From Octopus vulgaris (lineage: Eukaryota): a stretch of 64,000 nucleotides of DNA. Positions 1-13,048 of the stretch are shown piece by piece. Numbering within the stretch: position 1 is the stretch's first letter; each line of letters opens with the position of its first letter. The notes beneath the pieces are model-generated. The model worked only from the letters and a program-made list of their open reading frames with translations, was not told the DNA's origin and searched no databases. The translations under genes were made by a program, and so were the position numbers. Location of the stretch: contig OX597828.1 of assembly GCA_951406725.2 (NCBI GenBank), forward strand, positions 26,288,001-26,352,000. The letters run 5' to 3'.

Positions 1-261
1 AGATAGAGAGAAAGAGAGAGACAGCGAGAAAGAGATGGAGAGAAAGAGACATAGAGAAAGAGAGAGACAGAGAGAAAGAGAGAGAGAGACAGAGAGAGAA
101 AGAGGTGTGATTTTTTGATAAGAATGGTAAGGGTTTGGAAAAGGAAGAGGTGAGGGTTTATACAGCAAGACCTAGATCTAAGAGGAAGAGAGTAAGAAAG
201 AGAAGTGGTGAGGGGAGTGAGAGACAGTTAAAAAAATATTTTCAAAGTTGGGAGTTCATTT

Positions 262-299
<38 letters not shown>

Positions 300-528
300 G
301 AAGTGACATGGGGGTAGGATGGAGGGGGGGATATTTTATAATAATATTTATTATTTTATTTTATTTCATTTTATTTTATGTATTATTTATGTATTTTACT
401 CTACAATCTTTTTGTGTTTTTAGCTGTTGTTGCTGTCGTCCTTCAAGATTCTGAGAACTTCTGGGCAAATATAAAAAAATAATTCCTGAAGTGTTGATGG
501 AAAGGTGGGTGGGGTGGGATGGGGTAAG

Positions 529-688
<160 letters not shown>

Positions 689-752
689 TATGATAAAAAT
701 GTAAAAAAGAAAAAGTCAACAGATAGACAGATAGATAGATCAAAAGATAGAT

Positions 753-812
<60 letters not shown>

Positions 813-1063
813 AGGGGGGGAGATTGATGGGCAGATAGGGAGTAGAGGGTGAGGGCAGTTACTGAAGTTGCTCTTCTTTTTGTTTGTTTATTTTAAATTG
901 TATTTATTTTTTTATTAATCTGTGTTGGAGGTTGCCTTCTAAAATGGGTATTAAATAAGGGTGAATAATGGGTGCGAAGATGTGTGAAGAGCATGTGTAA
1001 TAGGCATTTGTATGTTTTGCTAAAGAAATGTTCTTTTCATTTGTAGTTCCTTTCCATTCAGCT

Positions 1064-1097
<34 letters not shown>

Positions 1098-1123
1098 GCC
1101 CTCTTGCATTCTCTCTCTCTTTA

Positions 1124-1174
<51 letters not shown>

Positions 1175-1212
1175 GTGTATATATATGTTATATATATATA
1201 TATATATATATG

Positions 1213-1250
<38 letters not shown>

Positions 1251-2020
1251 AAAAAAAAAAAAAATATATATACGTTTAAATATTTGTTGTGCAAGATTTT
1301 TTATGTGAAGTCGTGTGTTGAAACAGATATTGTTATATTTCGGAATGGTCATATTGCCAGTTTAGCCAATAAAAACACACGCACTATATATTTGGTGTTA
1401 TTTTGCTTCAGTGATATTTATTTTTTACATTAATCTTAATCTTATTTCGGCCAAAGTTCTTTCGTCACACTCCTGTGACCGCATCAGTGGTCCTTTGTTT
1501 TCTTCTCACTTACTTGTGTCTCTCCTTACTAACCGTCAGCCATTTTGTATTTCTATTGTATGTCTTCATTTGCGCATGCTTATATCTCTATGTGCGTCTA
1601 TGTTTATTTAGTGTGTGGGGGGGGATGCCTGTAATATTTGTATCTTCTGGTTATATACATTCTTGTAATTTGTATTTTGTTTTTGTTGTTGTTGCTTTTG
1701 TTCTAATTTTATTCATGTGTTTACATCCACCCATTATTATCATTACATATGCTTGTATGTATGTATAACAACAATATTAGTAATAATAATAATAAATCTA
1801 ATCGAGAAAAAAAAAAAAAAAAAAAAAAAGAATATACATATACATATATATATATATACATACATATACATATACATATATATATATATATATATACATA
1901 TATACACACATATATACACATATACATATACATATATATACACATATACATATATATAGATATTCATTTCTATTTCTTTAATTACCTGTGTATTTATTAT
2001 GTTTGCAGGATCCACTATTG

Positions 2021-2593
2021 TCATATGTTGTGGTGTGCGCTATTGCTCCATTCTAGTTTTCTATTCAGGCTAGGTTTATTTTCTATTATATGTGTAGCTT
2101 CTGTAATTTGTCTAATTGTTGCATCTGTTCTATGTGTGGACAATATCTTAATCTCTATGTTATTGATTGATCCCCCGTGTTCTTGTTCGGCGTGTTGGTA
2201 CAGAATCGATGAGCTTTTACCTTTCTTGAGTTGTCTCCAATGTTCATTCACCCGCTCACCAATGCTTCTTGCAGTTTCCCCTACGTATGTTACTGTCTTG
2301 TTACTGCATCGTCCCTCTATACATCTTATACTATAGACCACATTTCTGGCTTTACAGTTCGTTTGTGGGCTAAATCTACATACAGTGCAATAGTTATCCG
2401 TACAGAGAGTTCTACTAAAAGGATAGGTTCTACCAATTATAGATCTGATCTCAAAATACCTGATCCACCGGAACTCAGCCATTGCGGGCAATGCCAAATT
2501 CAATATTTTGATGGCAGACCTCGTCAGAATAATGAGAAATGTGTCACGCATGTGCGAGCCTACAGAATTAAAGAGACACATACAGTATTTCAT
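2021..2593 (-). CDS. Chimeric open ORF (190 aa): antisense-derived N-terminus fused in frame to the inverted Zn-knuckle + GIY-YIG domain; expression unknown
   Basis: ATG at 2593-2591; residues from [11 protein letters not shown] to the stop are identical to the plus-strand copy. Confidence 0.4.
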   Translation of the reverse strand: MKYCMCLFNSVGSHMRDTFLIILTRSAIKILNLALPAMAEFRWIRYFEIRSIIGRTYPFSRTLCTDNYCTVCRFSPQTNCKARNVVYSIRCIEGRCSNKTVTYVGETARSIGERVNEHWRQLKKGKSSSILYQHAEQEHGGSINNIEIKILSTHRTDATIRQITEATHIIENKPSLNRKLEWSNSAHHNI

Positions 2594-3334
2594 TCACCGC
2601 ATGCAGTTCTCAGGTTACAGCCATAAAGAAAGGATCAGAGTATACAAAGGAGCCATGAAGAAATTTGATAATATATTATGTAATGATAGGAATGGGATTT
2701 GCCCACTCTACAGGAACAAGTCATGGAACACTATAGAAAGGACAAAAAGAAAATAAGGAAGGCCAACTCTTGGTATGATAGCCATAAATACCAGAGTGTC
2801 ATGTTCGTTGACACCACCCCTGGAGGTGAACTAGCGTACCGCTTTAGAAGGACCCTAGATAAACTTAAACTAAGAATTAAGGTTGTTGAAAAGCCAGGCA
2901 ACCCTATCAGATCTATAATTGGTAGAACCTATCCTTTTAGTAGAACTCTCTGTACGGATAACTATTGCACTGTATGTAGATTTAGCCCACAAACGAACTG
3001 TAAAGCCAGAAATGTGGTCTATAGTATAAGATGTATAGAGGGACGATGCAGTAACAAGACAGTAACATACGTAGGGGAAACTGCAAGAAGCATTGGTGAG
3101 CGGGTGAATGAACATTGGAGACAACTCAAGAAAGGTAAAAGCTCATCGATTCTGTACCAACACGCCGAACAAGAACACGGGGGATCAATCAATAACATAG
3201 AGATTAAGATATTGTCCACACATAGAACAGATGCAACAATTAGACAAATTACAGAAGCTACACATATAATAGAAAATAAACCTAGCCTGAATAGAAAACT
3301 AGAATGGAGCAATAGCGCACACCACAACATATGA
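2451..3334 (+). pseudogene. PLE ORF C-terminal part: RT thumb + Zn-knuckle + GIY-YIG endonuclease, one frameshift near 2750
   Basis: [28 protein letters not shown] (thumb); frameshift in A-run gacaaaaagaaaataag; then FVDTTPGGEL, KVVEKPG, C-X4-C-X2-C-X7-C, VVYSIRC..C..YVGET.R...R..EH, H..EH, RQITEA.HI, PSLNR, stop at 3332-3334. Confidence 0.9.
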
Positions 3335-3868
3335 CAATAGTGGATCCTGCAAACATAATAAATACACAGGTAATTAAAGAAATAGAAATGAATATCTATA
3401 TATATGTATATGTGTATATATATGTATATGTATATGTGTATATATGTGTGTATATATGTATATATATATATATATATATGTATATGTATATGTATGTATA
3501 TATATATATATGTATATGTATATTCTTTTTTTTTTTTTTTTTTTTTTTCTCGATTAGATTTATTATTATTATTACTAATATTGTTGTTATACATACATAC
3601 AAGCATATGTAATGATAATAATGGGTGGATGTAAACACATGAATAAAATTAGAACAAAAGCAACAACAACAAAAACAAAATACAAATTACAAGAATGTAT
3701 ATAACCAGAAGATACAAATATTACAGGCATCCCCCCCCCACACACTAAATAAACATAGACGCACATAGAGATATAAGCATGCGCAAATGAAGACATACAA
3801 TAGAAATACAAAATGGCTGACGGTTAGTAAGGAGAGACACAAGTAAGTGAGAAGAAAACAAAGGACCA

Positions 3869-3911
3869 CTGATGCGGTCACAGGAGTGTGACGAAAGAAC
3901 TTTGGCCGAAA
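3869..3911 (+). ncRNA. Degenerate hammerhead-like core in the PLE 3' region (mirror copy 1445-1487, minus strand)
   Basis: CTGATGC-GGTCA...TGGCC-GAAA: core with A9 replaced by C and a pairable stem II; stems I and III not evident. Confidence 0.3.
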
Positions 3912-4021
3912 TAAGATTAAGATTAATGTAAAAAATAAATATCACTGAAGCAAAATAACACCAAATATATAGTGCGTGTGTTTTTATTGGCTAAACTGGC
4001 AATATGACCATTCCGAAATAT

Positions 4022-4061
<40 letters not shown>

Positions 4062-4231
4062 AATTATACACACACATATGTAGATAAATCTTTGAATGCT
4101 GCTGTAAATATCAATGTAATGAATGAATTCATGTATATATGTATATCAGTATATATGTGTATATGTATATATGTTATATTCTGTGTATGTGTGTGTGTCT
4201 CTGTGTGTGTGTGTATGCATGTATGTGTATA

Positions 4232-4271
<40 letters not shown>

Positions 4272-4329
4272 TAATTTAATTTTATTTTATCTAGTTTCAG
4301 CTCACGAGCTGTGGCCATGCTGGGGCATC

Positions 4330-4384
<55 letters not shown>

Positions 4385-4685
4385 TTTCTTTGTTTTGTTT
4401 TGTTTTTTAAATAGGCTCTTGGAGTACATCTAAAGTTATAAAGATTAACATGCAAGTATTGGGTTGAAAAATCTTTTTGAATGGAAAAAGTTGAAGTCTG
4501 TAGTAGCATTACTGCTTTTGGGACATTTCTCATATAAATGAGAGAGAGAAGTAGTGGTGGTGGTGGTGGTGGTGATGGTGGTAGAGGGGTGTAAGTAATG
4601 AGTATGACACATCAAGGAAATAGATTGAGATAAATAAGTAGATAGATAAATACATACATACATGCATAGCTATATATCTATATAT

Positions 4686-4953
4686 ATCAAAATAAGCAAC
4701 AAGGATATCCAGAGGTAATGCAGTACGATCGTTTCATGCAACTCCATTTAATTGAACAATGCAATCGCAATCATTACATCTATTGATGTAATGATTGCAC
4801 TGTTCAATTAAATGGAGTTGCATGAAACGATTGTACTGCATTACCTCTGGATATCCTTGTTGCTTATTTTGATTTTAATCACCTTTGAAATTATATGGAT
4901 AATACCGTACTAAATTCTGGTGCCTCAACTTAGGTACCATATTCATCTGAATC
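4686..4953 (+). mobile_element. PLE-pLTR-like short element with fold-back inversion (palindrome 4686-4873)
   Basis: About 90-bp arms around a loop at ~4782; carries GAAA-CGATCG-TA (3' half of a minimal hammerhead); flanked by (TA)n. Confidence 0.6.
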
Positions 4954-5039
<86 letters not shown>

Positions 5040-5046
5040 TATATAG

Positions 5047-5304
5047 TCTTTTATTCTTTTACTTGTTTCAGTCATTTGACGTGGTCATGCTGAAGTACTG
5101 CCTTCAGTCAAACAAATGAACCCCAGGACTTATTCTTTTGTAAGCTTAGTATTTATTCTATTGGTCTCTTTTGCCGAACCACTAAGTTAAGGCGACATAC
5201 ACATACCAGCATCAGTAGTCAAGCGATGCTGGGGAGTGGGGGGGACAAACATGGAAACACAAGCATACACACACACACATACATATGTATACACATATAC
5301 ACAT

Positions 5305-5344
<40 letters not shown>

Positions 5345-5387
5345 ATAGTAAATAGCACTCACTTCTTTATTTGGAAGCCTTTTAATG

Positions 5388-5451
<64 letters not shown>

Positions 5452-5563
5452 CATATACGACGGGGTTCTTTCAGTTTCTGACATTTAACCAATGTGCCAC
5501 GCATTGGGACTGAACCATGTGGTTGGTAAGCAATCTACTTACCACACAGCCATTCCTGCGCCT
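5047..5563 (-). mobile_element. tRNA-derived SINE family A, interrupted by microsatellites
   Basis: Reverse complement of the 33981-34400 copy (head ggcgcaggaatggctgtgtggtaag; tail gactgaaacaagtaaaaga). Confidence 0.85.
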
Positions 5564-5586
5564 GCACACACACACACACACACACC

Positions 5587-5648
<62 letters not shown>

Positions 5649-5969
5649 TATATATACATATATATACATGTTTGTGTGCCTCTTATATCACTGTGTTTTA
5701 CATTAAACATTAATACATGCAATGGGAGGGAAATCCCTTTCCCCAATGCAGACTGCTACCCTTCAGTTGGATTTCAGCTTGTCCCGTAATTCCCTCCACC
5801 CAACAAAAATGAGAAAAAACGGAACTACTTTAAGGGTTAAATGAGCAGATAACGACGTGCCATTTGAAGGATACAAATGAACATTATTTAAGGATCAGAT
5901 CTCAATCTGAATCAAAAGTTTAAATTACAAACACCATTGGTCAACAAATCTTACTATGAACAGACTTAA

Positions 5970-6189
5970 CCCTTTAGCATTTAAACCGGCCATATCCGGC
6001 CCAAATTTTCTACTGCTTTTATGTTCAAACCATCTAGATCTGGCCTCTCACACCAGCCCTACTATATCATTCTAAAAATGAATAGTTACTTCATCAAATT
6101 CTCAGAACTACAAGATAATGCAGGATTAATTCAAAACAATGTGAATGAAAAAGCATTATATTTGACAGAGTAATCTGAACACTAAAGAG
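5970..6189 (+). mobile_element. piggyBac-type MITE (~220 bp)
   Basis: TTAA|CCCTTTAG...CTAAAGAG|TTAA; homologous to 27544 and 57798 copies. Confidence 0.85.
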
Positions 6190-6563
6190 TTAAACTGCTG
6201 CTCAGCTCAGCAGAGATGGGGACAGACTAAATGATGGAGGGTTACTCTCCTCCACAACAGATTGGAATTTCATCTTTACCAAGCCATACCTTGACACTCA
6301 CAAAATAATTTGTACTGGGGATTTAAATGCCATACAAACACACACACACACACACACATGCATATACAGATATACTTAGAGGCACGCATGACTAATTCTC
6401 TTTATATTCTTTAACTAATTCTAAACTAGGCCATGCAGGGATGCCACAATGTGTGTATGTGTGTGCATGTGTGTGTGTGTGTAGGGGGTACATGTGTAAG
6501 CTGTGTTATGTGTGTAGATATAAATGCATACATGTGAGAGAGTGTGTGTGTGTGTGTGTATAA

Positions 6564-6624
<61 letters not shown>

Positions 6625-6766
6625 TATATATAAATATATATATACATATATATAAATATATATATATAGATATATATAAATATATATATACATATATATG
6701 CGGCAAAGTAATTTATTTTACTAAGCCCTTTTATATAATGTAATAATATATACATATATATATATT

Positions 6767-6824
<58 letters not shown>

Positions 6825-7605
6825 CACACACATGTATGTAAGAAATATATAAACAGCCCACTAGGGAAAAGTCATGTGATCTCAGTAAAGCACCTCTCTC
6901 TCTCTCTCTCTCTCTCACTGCCTCTCTCTCTTTCTCTGTCTTGATAGCATGATTTAAAAGAATAAAAATCCTTTTATTACAAGAAAACACACACACACAC
7001 ACACTCGCTATCCTCTCCACCTACACCACCCATCCGTCGTTCTTACTACCCCCACACTCTATTCTTCGCACCCATTCAATCTTTCCTCTCTCTCTTTTAT
7101 GAATGAAGAATGAATGCTGTTAACATGACTGCTGTTGCATTTGTTGTTAGCGTAGGAGGTGGGCTGCTGCTGGTGGTGATGATGATGATGATGATGAGGA
7201 GGCTGAAGGTGGTAATGGATGGTTCTGCTGCAGTTACTGCAGGCTGCAGTGGTAAGTTTATAAGTGGCATACTGGCGGCGGCGGCGGTGGTGGTGGTGGT
7301 GGTGGTGATGGTGGTGATGGTGCACCAGCAATAGTAGTTTACATGCTAGTAGGTTTTGGTTAGCAGCAGTGATGGGGGGGGGGAGGAGACAGGAGTCATT
7401 AGATGGCAGCAGTATTGGCTGTAGTATGTGTGGTTGTGGTGGTGGTGTTGTTAGTGGTGTTGTTAGTGGTGTTGTCATAGTTATAGGGAAGATGGTGGTG
7501 TTGGCAGTGGAGTCACTGGTTTTGGGGATGTTTCTAATATAGAGAGGGCAAGAGAGACAGACAGGCAAATAGTGAGAATGATGCTTAAAAAAGGAACGAT
7601 TATTT

Positions 7606-8012
7606 ATACATAAGTTTTCTTCCTACTCACATGGTTCCAGGTTCAGTCCCACTTCGAGGCACCTTGGCCAAGTGTCTTCTACAATAGCCTTAGGCTGACC
7701 AAAGCTTTGTAACCAGATTTGGTAGACAGAAACTGAAAGAAGCTCATTGTGTGTGTGTTCCTGTCATTGTCCCCTGTCACCATTTCACAGCCACTACTGG
7801 TTGTTTACATCCCCATAACCTAGCAGTTCAGCGAAAGTGACCAACAGAATAATTACCAGGCTTCTTTCAGTTTCCCTCTACCAAATCCACTCACAAGGTT
7901 TTGGTCGGCTTGGAGCTATATAGTAGTGACACTTTCCCAAGGCACCAGCAGGTGGGACTGAACCTGCAAGTACTCGGTTGGGAAGCAAACTTCCTAAGTA
8001 CCCTGCCACACA
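7606..8012. mobile_element. Two SINE family A copies in inverted (tail-to-tail) orientation
   Basis: Plus copy ~7606-7862 (ggttcagtcccac..gcaccttgg); minus copy ~7859-8012 (cttctttcagtttcc..gggactgaacc). Confidence 0.75.
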
Positions 8013-8615
8013 CTTCAGGGGCAAGTAAACCCTTGTGAAAAGTCGTCCTTAAACCCAACTGTAAAGTTGCTAAAAGTAAACCCCTCCAATACGTAACAGT
8101 TTTCTATGGTACCCAGATGAAATAACAGCAGTTGTTACCCCACATCCTACAAACGGAATTGATAATATAATCATTTTCTTGTTTTTTTTAAAATTATATG
8201 AAAATATAAAAGCGAGTCCTTTAAAATAATTTTTATGTTGCTATGGTTTTTTTTCTTCTTCTTCAGGGTATTAAAGTCAGTCTACACTCATGGTATTTAA
8301 TAACAATTTGTTTAATGAATAATAAAAATAATAATGAAGACAAAGAAGAGGAGAGGTAGGAGGAGGTGGAGAAGATGAAGAAGATGATGGACAACAACAA
8401 CAACAATGGCAACAAGTGATGAAGATGAAGAAAGGATTGGATTACAATGATCATTCATAGTGGTTATTAGTACAGGTGGTGGTGGTGGTGGTGGTGGTAA
8501 CTCAATTAAAAGAGAAAAAGAACATTTGCCAAATAATTCAATAATTAATTTGCTTTCATCAAACAGCTTCCAGTGAAGTAATTAAAGCAAGTGTTACAAA
8601 GTTTTGTCACTGATC

Positions 8616-8661
<46 letters not shown>

Positions 8662-8679
8662 TGAATGGGTGTGCATATA

Positions 8680-8710
<31 letters not shown>

Positions 8711-8719
8711 GTATGTATG

Positions 8720-8753
<34 letters not shown>

Positions 8754-8794
8754 TATATATACATATATATTCATATATATATATACATATATAC

Positions 8795-8905
<111 letters not shown>

Positions 8906-8956
8906 TATATAGATTATACATATATATTATACATACGTATATATATATAAACACAC

Positions 8957-8995
<39 letters not shown>

Positions 8996-9002
8996 GATAG
9001 AT

Positions 9003-9053
<51 letters not shown>

Positions 9054-9219
9054 TGATAGATAGATATTTATATATACATATACATATCTACATAGTAGTG
9101 AGAAGGAAAGAGAAACAAAAAAAGAAGCAGGCAAAGATTTATGCTACATGTGTGCATCTATGCATGGGTCTATGTATTTATACATACATAGCACATATCC
9201 AAAACTTTATACACACACA

Positions 9220-9258
<39 letters not shown>

Positions 9259-9692
9259 TAGTGTGTATATTAATATATACATGAACCAGTGTGTATATAT
9301 GTTCGTAAGCATTGTCTTTAAGTTACTGCTTTCTGTCGGTAAGAACTGAAAAAGTCTCTCTTCTCTCTGAAGAACTATGGTAGACACATCACAACATAAT
9401 TACGGTCGACAATCACAGGACATGGGGATAGCATTTATACTAATGGGTTGGGTTTTTTGTGCTTTTCTTTCCTTCCTTCTTTCTAAATTTATTTAGAGTT
9501 ATATAGAATGGATAAACACAATAGTTCAAAGTCATCAGCCAGCACTGCTTCTCAACTACACACATACACACACACACACACACACCCGTATGCATGTGTG
9601 TATATATGTGTGTGTATGTATATATATATATTTATTTATTTATTTTTTACAAAAAATAATATATATATATACATACATACATGTATATACAA

Positions 9693-9746
<54 letters not shown>

Positions 9747-9955
9747 TCCAGTATGACCACAGCTTTTGAGATGAAACTGGTTAAAGTGTAGTTGAAGGGT
9801 ATATATGTGTGTGTGTGTTTGCTTGTATGTACATATGTAAGAATGTGTTTGTAGATAAGCAGATAGAATATTATTTCTACTATTTTCATCCTGTTAAGGG
9901 TATACACATATACACATGTATATATATATATATACATACATATATATATATATAC

Positions 9956-10002
<47 letters not shown>

Positions 10003-10254
10003 TAGATGCATACACACACACATATTTGTGTTTGTGTGTGTACTGTATTATACAAGAGACTTTTATAACTCTAGAGTAGAATTTGTTATAAGCTTTCTTT
10101 CCTTTCTAGATACTGTTTTCAAAGAATGTGACGCCTTTCTTCTGAAGCTAACCAAGTTCACCTGATGGAATATTTCTCAAGCCTTACCTTGATTCACAAC
10201 TAAACACCTGAGTATACCTGTGTTCTATATTTCATATTCTTCTTGTGATTATTG

Positions 10255-10765
10255 TTAGTCCTGGCAGACTCATTAGCACACTGGACGAAATACCCAGCAG
10301 CACTCTATCCATCTTAACGTTCTGAGTTCCTTTCATCGTTTTGGGATCAACAGAATATGTACCAGCTGAGTGCTGGGGGTCAATCCAACTAACCTACACA
10401 CTTGCTGGCATTGTGTCACTATTTGAAACTATTATTATTATTATTATTGCAAATGCGGTGAGCTGGCAGAACCATTAGCATGTTGGTCAAAATGTTTGGC
10501 TCTTTATATTGTGAGTTCAAATGCCACCAAGGCTGATTTTCACCTTTTATCATTTTGGGGGTCAATAAGTACAAGCCAAGCACTGGGGTTGATATAATTG
10601 ATTAGATCTGTTCCCAAGAAAATTTCAGGCCTTGCACCTGTGGAGATATTATTATTGTTGTAAGGCAGAACCGTTAGCACTGCAGGCAAAATTCTTTGCA
10701 GCATCTCTTCTGGTTCTTTATATTCTGAGTTCAAATACTACCAAGGTTGACTTGGCCTTTCGTCT
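10255..10765 (+). mobile_element. Three tandem degenerate SINE family B copies separated by (TTA)n
   Basis: Repeated ctggcagaa..ttagca..tgagttcaaat..gcctttcat..ggggtc motifs. Confidence 0.75.
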
Positions 10766-11233
10766 AAAAAGGGTGGACAATGCAAAGGTTAATGCCTTCA
10801 GATCAGTGGTAGTTCACGCCACAACGAGAGCTACATGGAAGACCTCTGGAGACATCTAGAGTAATTTTTTGGAACATCTTACTTGTTAGTGCCTATGGGA
10901 GACAGGAATAGCATCTTAAACACACATTGAAATTGTGTGGAAGTGTCCAACAGAAGGGTAAGGAAGTGTAAAAATTCTTCAAACAGTCTGAAAGGTAGAG
11001 AGTAGATTTTTCAAATATTCCAAGAGCAAATTGCACCAAGTCATTGAGATAGTATCTAGAGTGGTGGCTTTTGGAGAATTTGTTGAAAGGTGGTTGAGAG
11101 AGCATTGCTGGAAGAGGGCAGGTGCCCCCGATAGAAGAGATAATTCCAGGTTTGCTGGATTTCTCGATTGGCCTAAGTTGACTGTCCCTGCAACTGCTAC
11201 TGTGGAACTCTGTCCCTGACTCATCTCATGTCA

Positions 11234-11288
<55 letters not shown>

Positions 11289-11475
11289 TATAGATATATA
11301 TATATATGTTATCCATGTCTGTGATATGTTTTTTCTTTTTTCATAATCCAACCTACATAAACCCTACAAAATTTTTACTTTTTTTGTAATTTGTTCATGT
11401 AGTATCTGTTTCATCTGTTGTTCTTGTGGCAAACTATTATTATTATTATTATTATTATTGTTATTATTATTATTA

Positions 11476-11521
<46 letters not shown>

Positions 11522-11735
11522 CATCATCATTATTATGAGCGTACATCATGCATTAGCAAAGAAACATCTGTTACTTCAGACTGAAATAAACACATTTATA
11601 AATTTCTGGCTTTTTTTTTCTGTTTTTTCTCTTCTTTTTTTCTCTCTAGTATTTGTTTCTCTTCAATTTTTTTTTTTTTAATATTTTATATTGCAATTCG
11701 TTTTTATTTTTATATTTTTCAGTATAATAATACTA

Positions 11736-11773
<38 letters not shown>

Positions 11774-12282
11774 ATAACTATAACCTCCACCCCCAGCCCA
11801 CCCACACCCACACCCAGACCTACCTTTTTCCCCCAAACAAACAAACTGCTTGATAGTCTGATAGGTAACACAGCTGTTACCAAGGTATGTACGAAGTAAG
11901 TTGGTTGACATACATGGAACTTTACAAACAGCCAGGCCACCTCCAAGACAAAGAATATATATATATATATATATATCAGACAGACACACAGACAGACAAA
12001 AACACAGGCAAGAAGACAGTGACTAAGTAACTCTGATCAACAACAGCAACAACAATGGAACAACAACAACAACAAGAACAACAACAAACAAACAAGCCTC
12101 TCTATGTTTGATTGTTTGACCCTGCTAGAAATAATAGAAAAAAAGTCTCTGCGGAAATGGGGGTACACTGAATAACGAAGGCCTCTTATATCTTCTATAT
12201 TTTACATGTTTCAGGCATTAGACTCTGGCCATGCAGTGGCATTGCCTTGAAGGGTTTCATTGAACAAATTGACCGTCACTGC

Positions 12283-12600
12283 TTGGACGTTCACCAAACA
12301 CCTGGTGAAAAGACTTGATGGCATTTACATTCTCTTGCAACAGGGGTCATTCCGTATCTCTTGCAGGAAAAGTATTCAACCACTGAAAAACAGAATATGG
12401 TAATCTCTTTCTTCTTATAATCACTAAAGTCATTAAAGAAAGTCATGAGTGTCTTGCGGGAGACTACTAAAGAACCAAGTATCTTAATGATGATGTGAGA
12501 TGGTCCCTCACACAATCATATGGACACCTCCCAATGAACATACATGGGTCAACCATTGAGCAAAATACTCTCACTGACCATCACTCCTGATTTTCTCTTG
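12283..12600 (+). pseudogene. Degraded RTE-clade LINE ORF C-terminal fragment
   Basis: Translates to WTFTKHLVKRLDGIY..IS....YGNL..IWTP, resembling the RTE motif WTLTKxLxKRLDGxYTRxLRxxLNISW..YGNLP..LLWTP. Confidence 0.5.
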
Positions 12601-12645
12601 TCTTATGGGATCTTAATGGGTGACATGATTATGTTGGGCAAATTT

Positions 12646-13048
12646 ATTTCTTTGTTGCCCACAGGGGGCTAAACACACAGAGGGGACAAACAAGGACAGA
12701 CAAAGGAATTAAGTCGATTACATCGGCCCCTGTACTCAACTGGTACTTATTTTATCGACCCCAAAAAGATGAAAGGCAAAGTTGATCTCGGAGGAATTTG
12801 AACCCAGAACATAGCAGCAGACGAAATACCTATTTCTTTATTACCCACAGAGGGGACAAACAAGGACAGACAAAGGAATTAAGTCGATTACATTGGCCCC
12901 TGTACTCAACTAGTACTTATTTTATCGACCCCAAAAAGATAAAAGGCAAAGTTGACCTCGGCGGAATTTGAACCCAGAACAGAGCAGCAGACGAAATACC
13001 ACTAGGCATTTCACCCAGCGTGCTAACGATTCTGCCATCTTACCACCC
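12646..13048 (-). mobile_element. SINE family B dimer with 15-bp TSD
   Basis: TSD atgttgggcaaattt at 12631-12645 and 13049-13063; two tandem units; B box GGTTCAAATTCC. Confidence 0.9.

Larger units (their letters stand above)
1271..4029 (+). mobile_element. Penelope-like retroelement (C-terminal GIY-YIG; Neptune/Nematis-like linker), 5'-truncated, with an inverted copy of its 3' region/pLTR
   Basis: RT-thumb and GIY-YIG coding remnants at 2451-3334; 1327-2449 is the reverse complement of 2906-4029; both ends abut (TA)n tracts. Confidence 0.92.
1327..4029. repeat. Large inverted repeat: arms 1327-2449 and 2906-4029, 456-bp spacer
   Basis: Direct comparison: arms essentially identical, including internal microsatellites and the A23/T23 run; the one difference I found is G8 vs C9. 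Confidence 0.97.

Noticed and set aside
3332-3400. Selenocysteine read-through of the PLE TGA (as in some Naiad elements)
   Set aside because: The TGA follows the complete EN domain and is followed by TAG two codons later; no SECIS recognised
3944-4029. Second hammerhead in the PLE (CTGAAGC...GAAATAT..ATAT) whose cut site would match the element end
   Set aside because: No stem II pairing and only a 2-bp stem I; the coincidence is explained by ATAT microhomology with (TA)n
10770-11230. Complex-sequence short ORFs (62-81 aa)
   Set aside because: No recognisable motif; probably an old degraded repeat, cannot be assigned without a search
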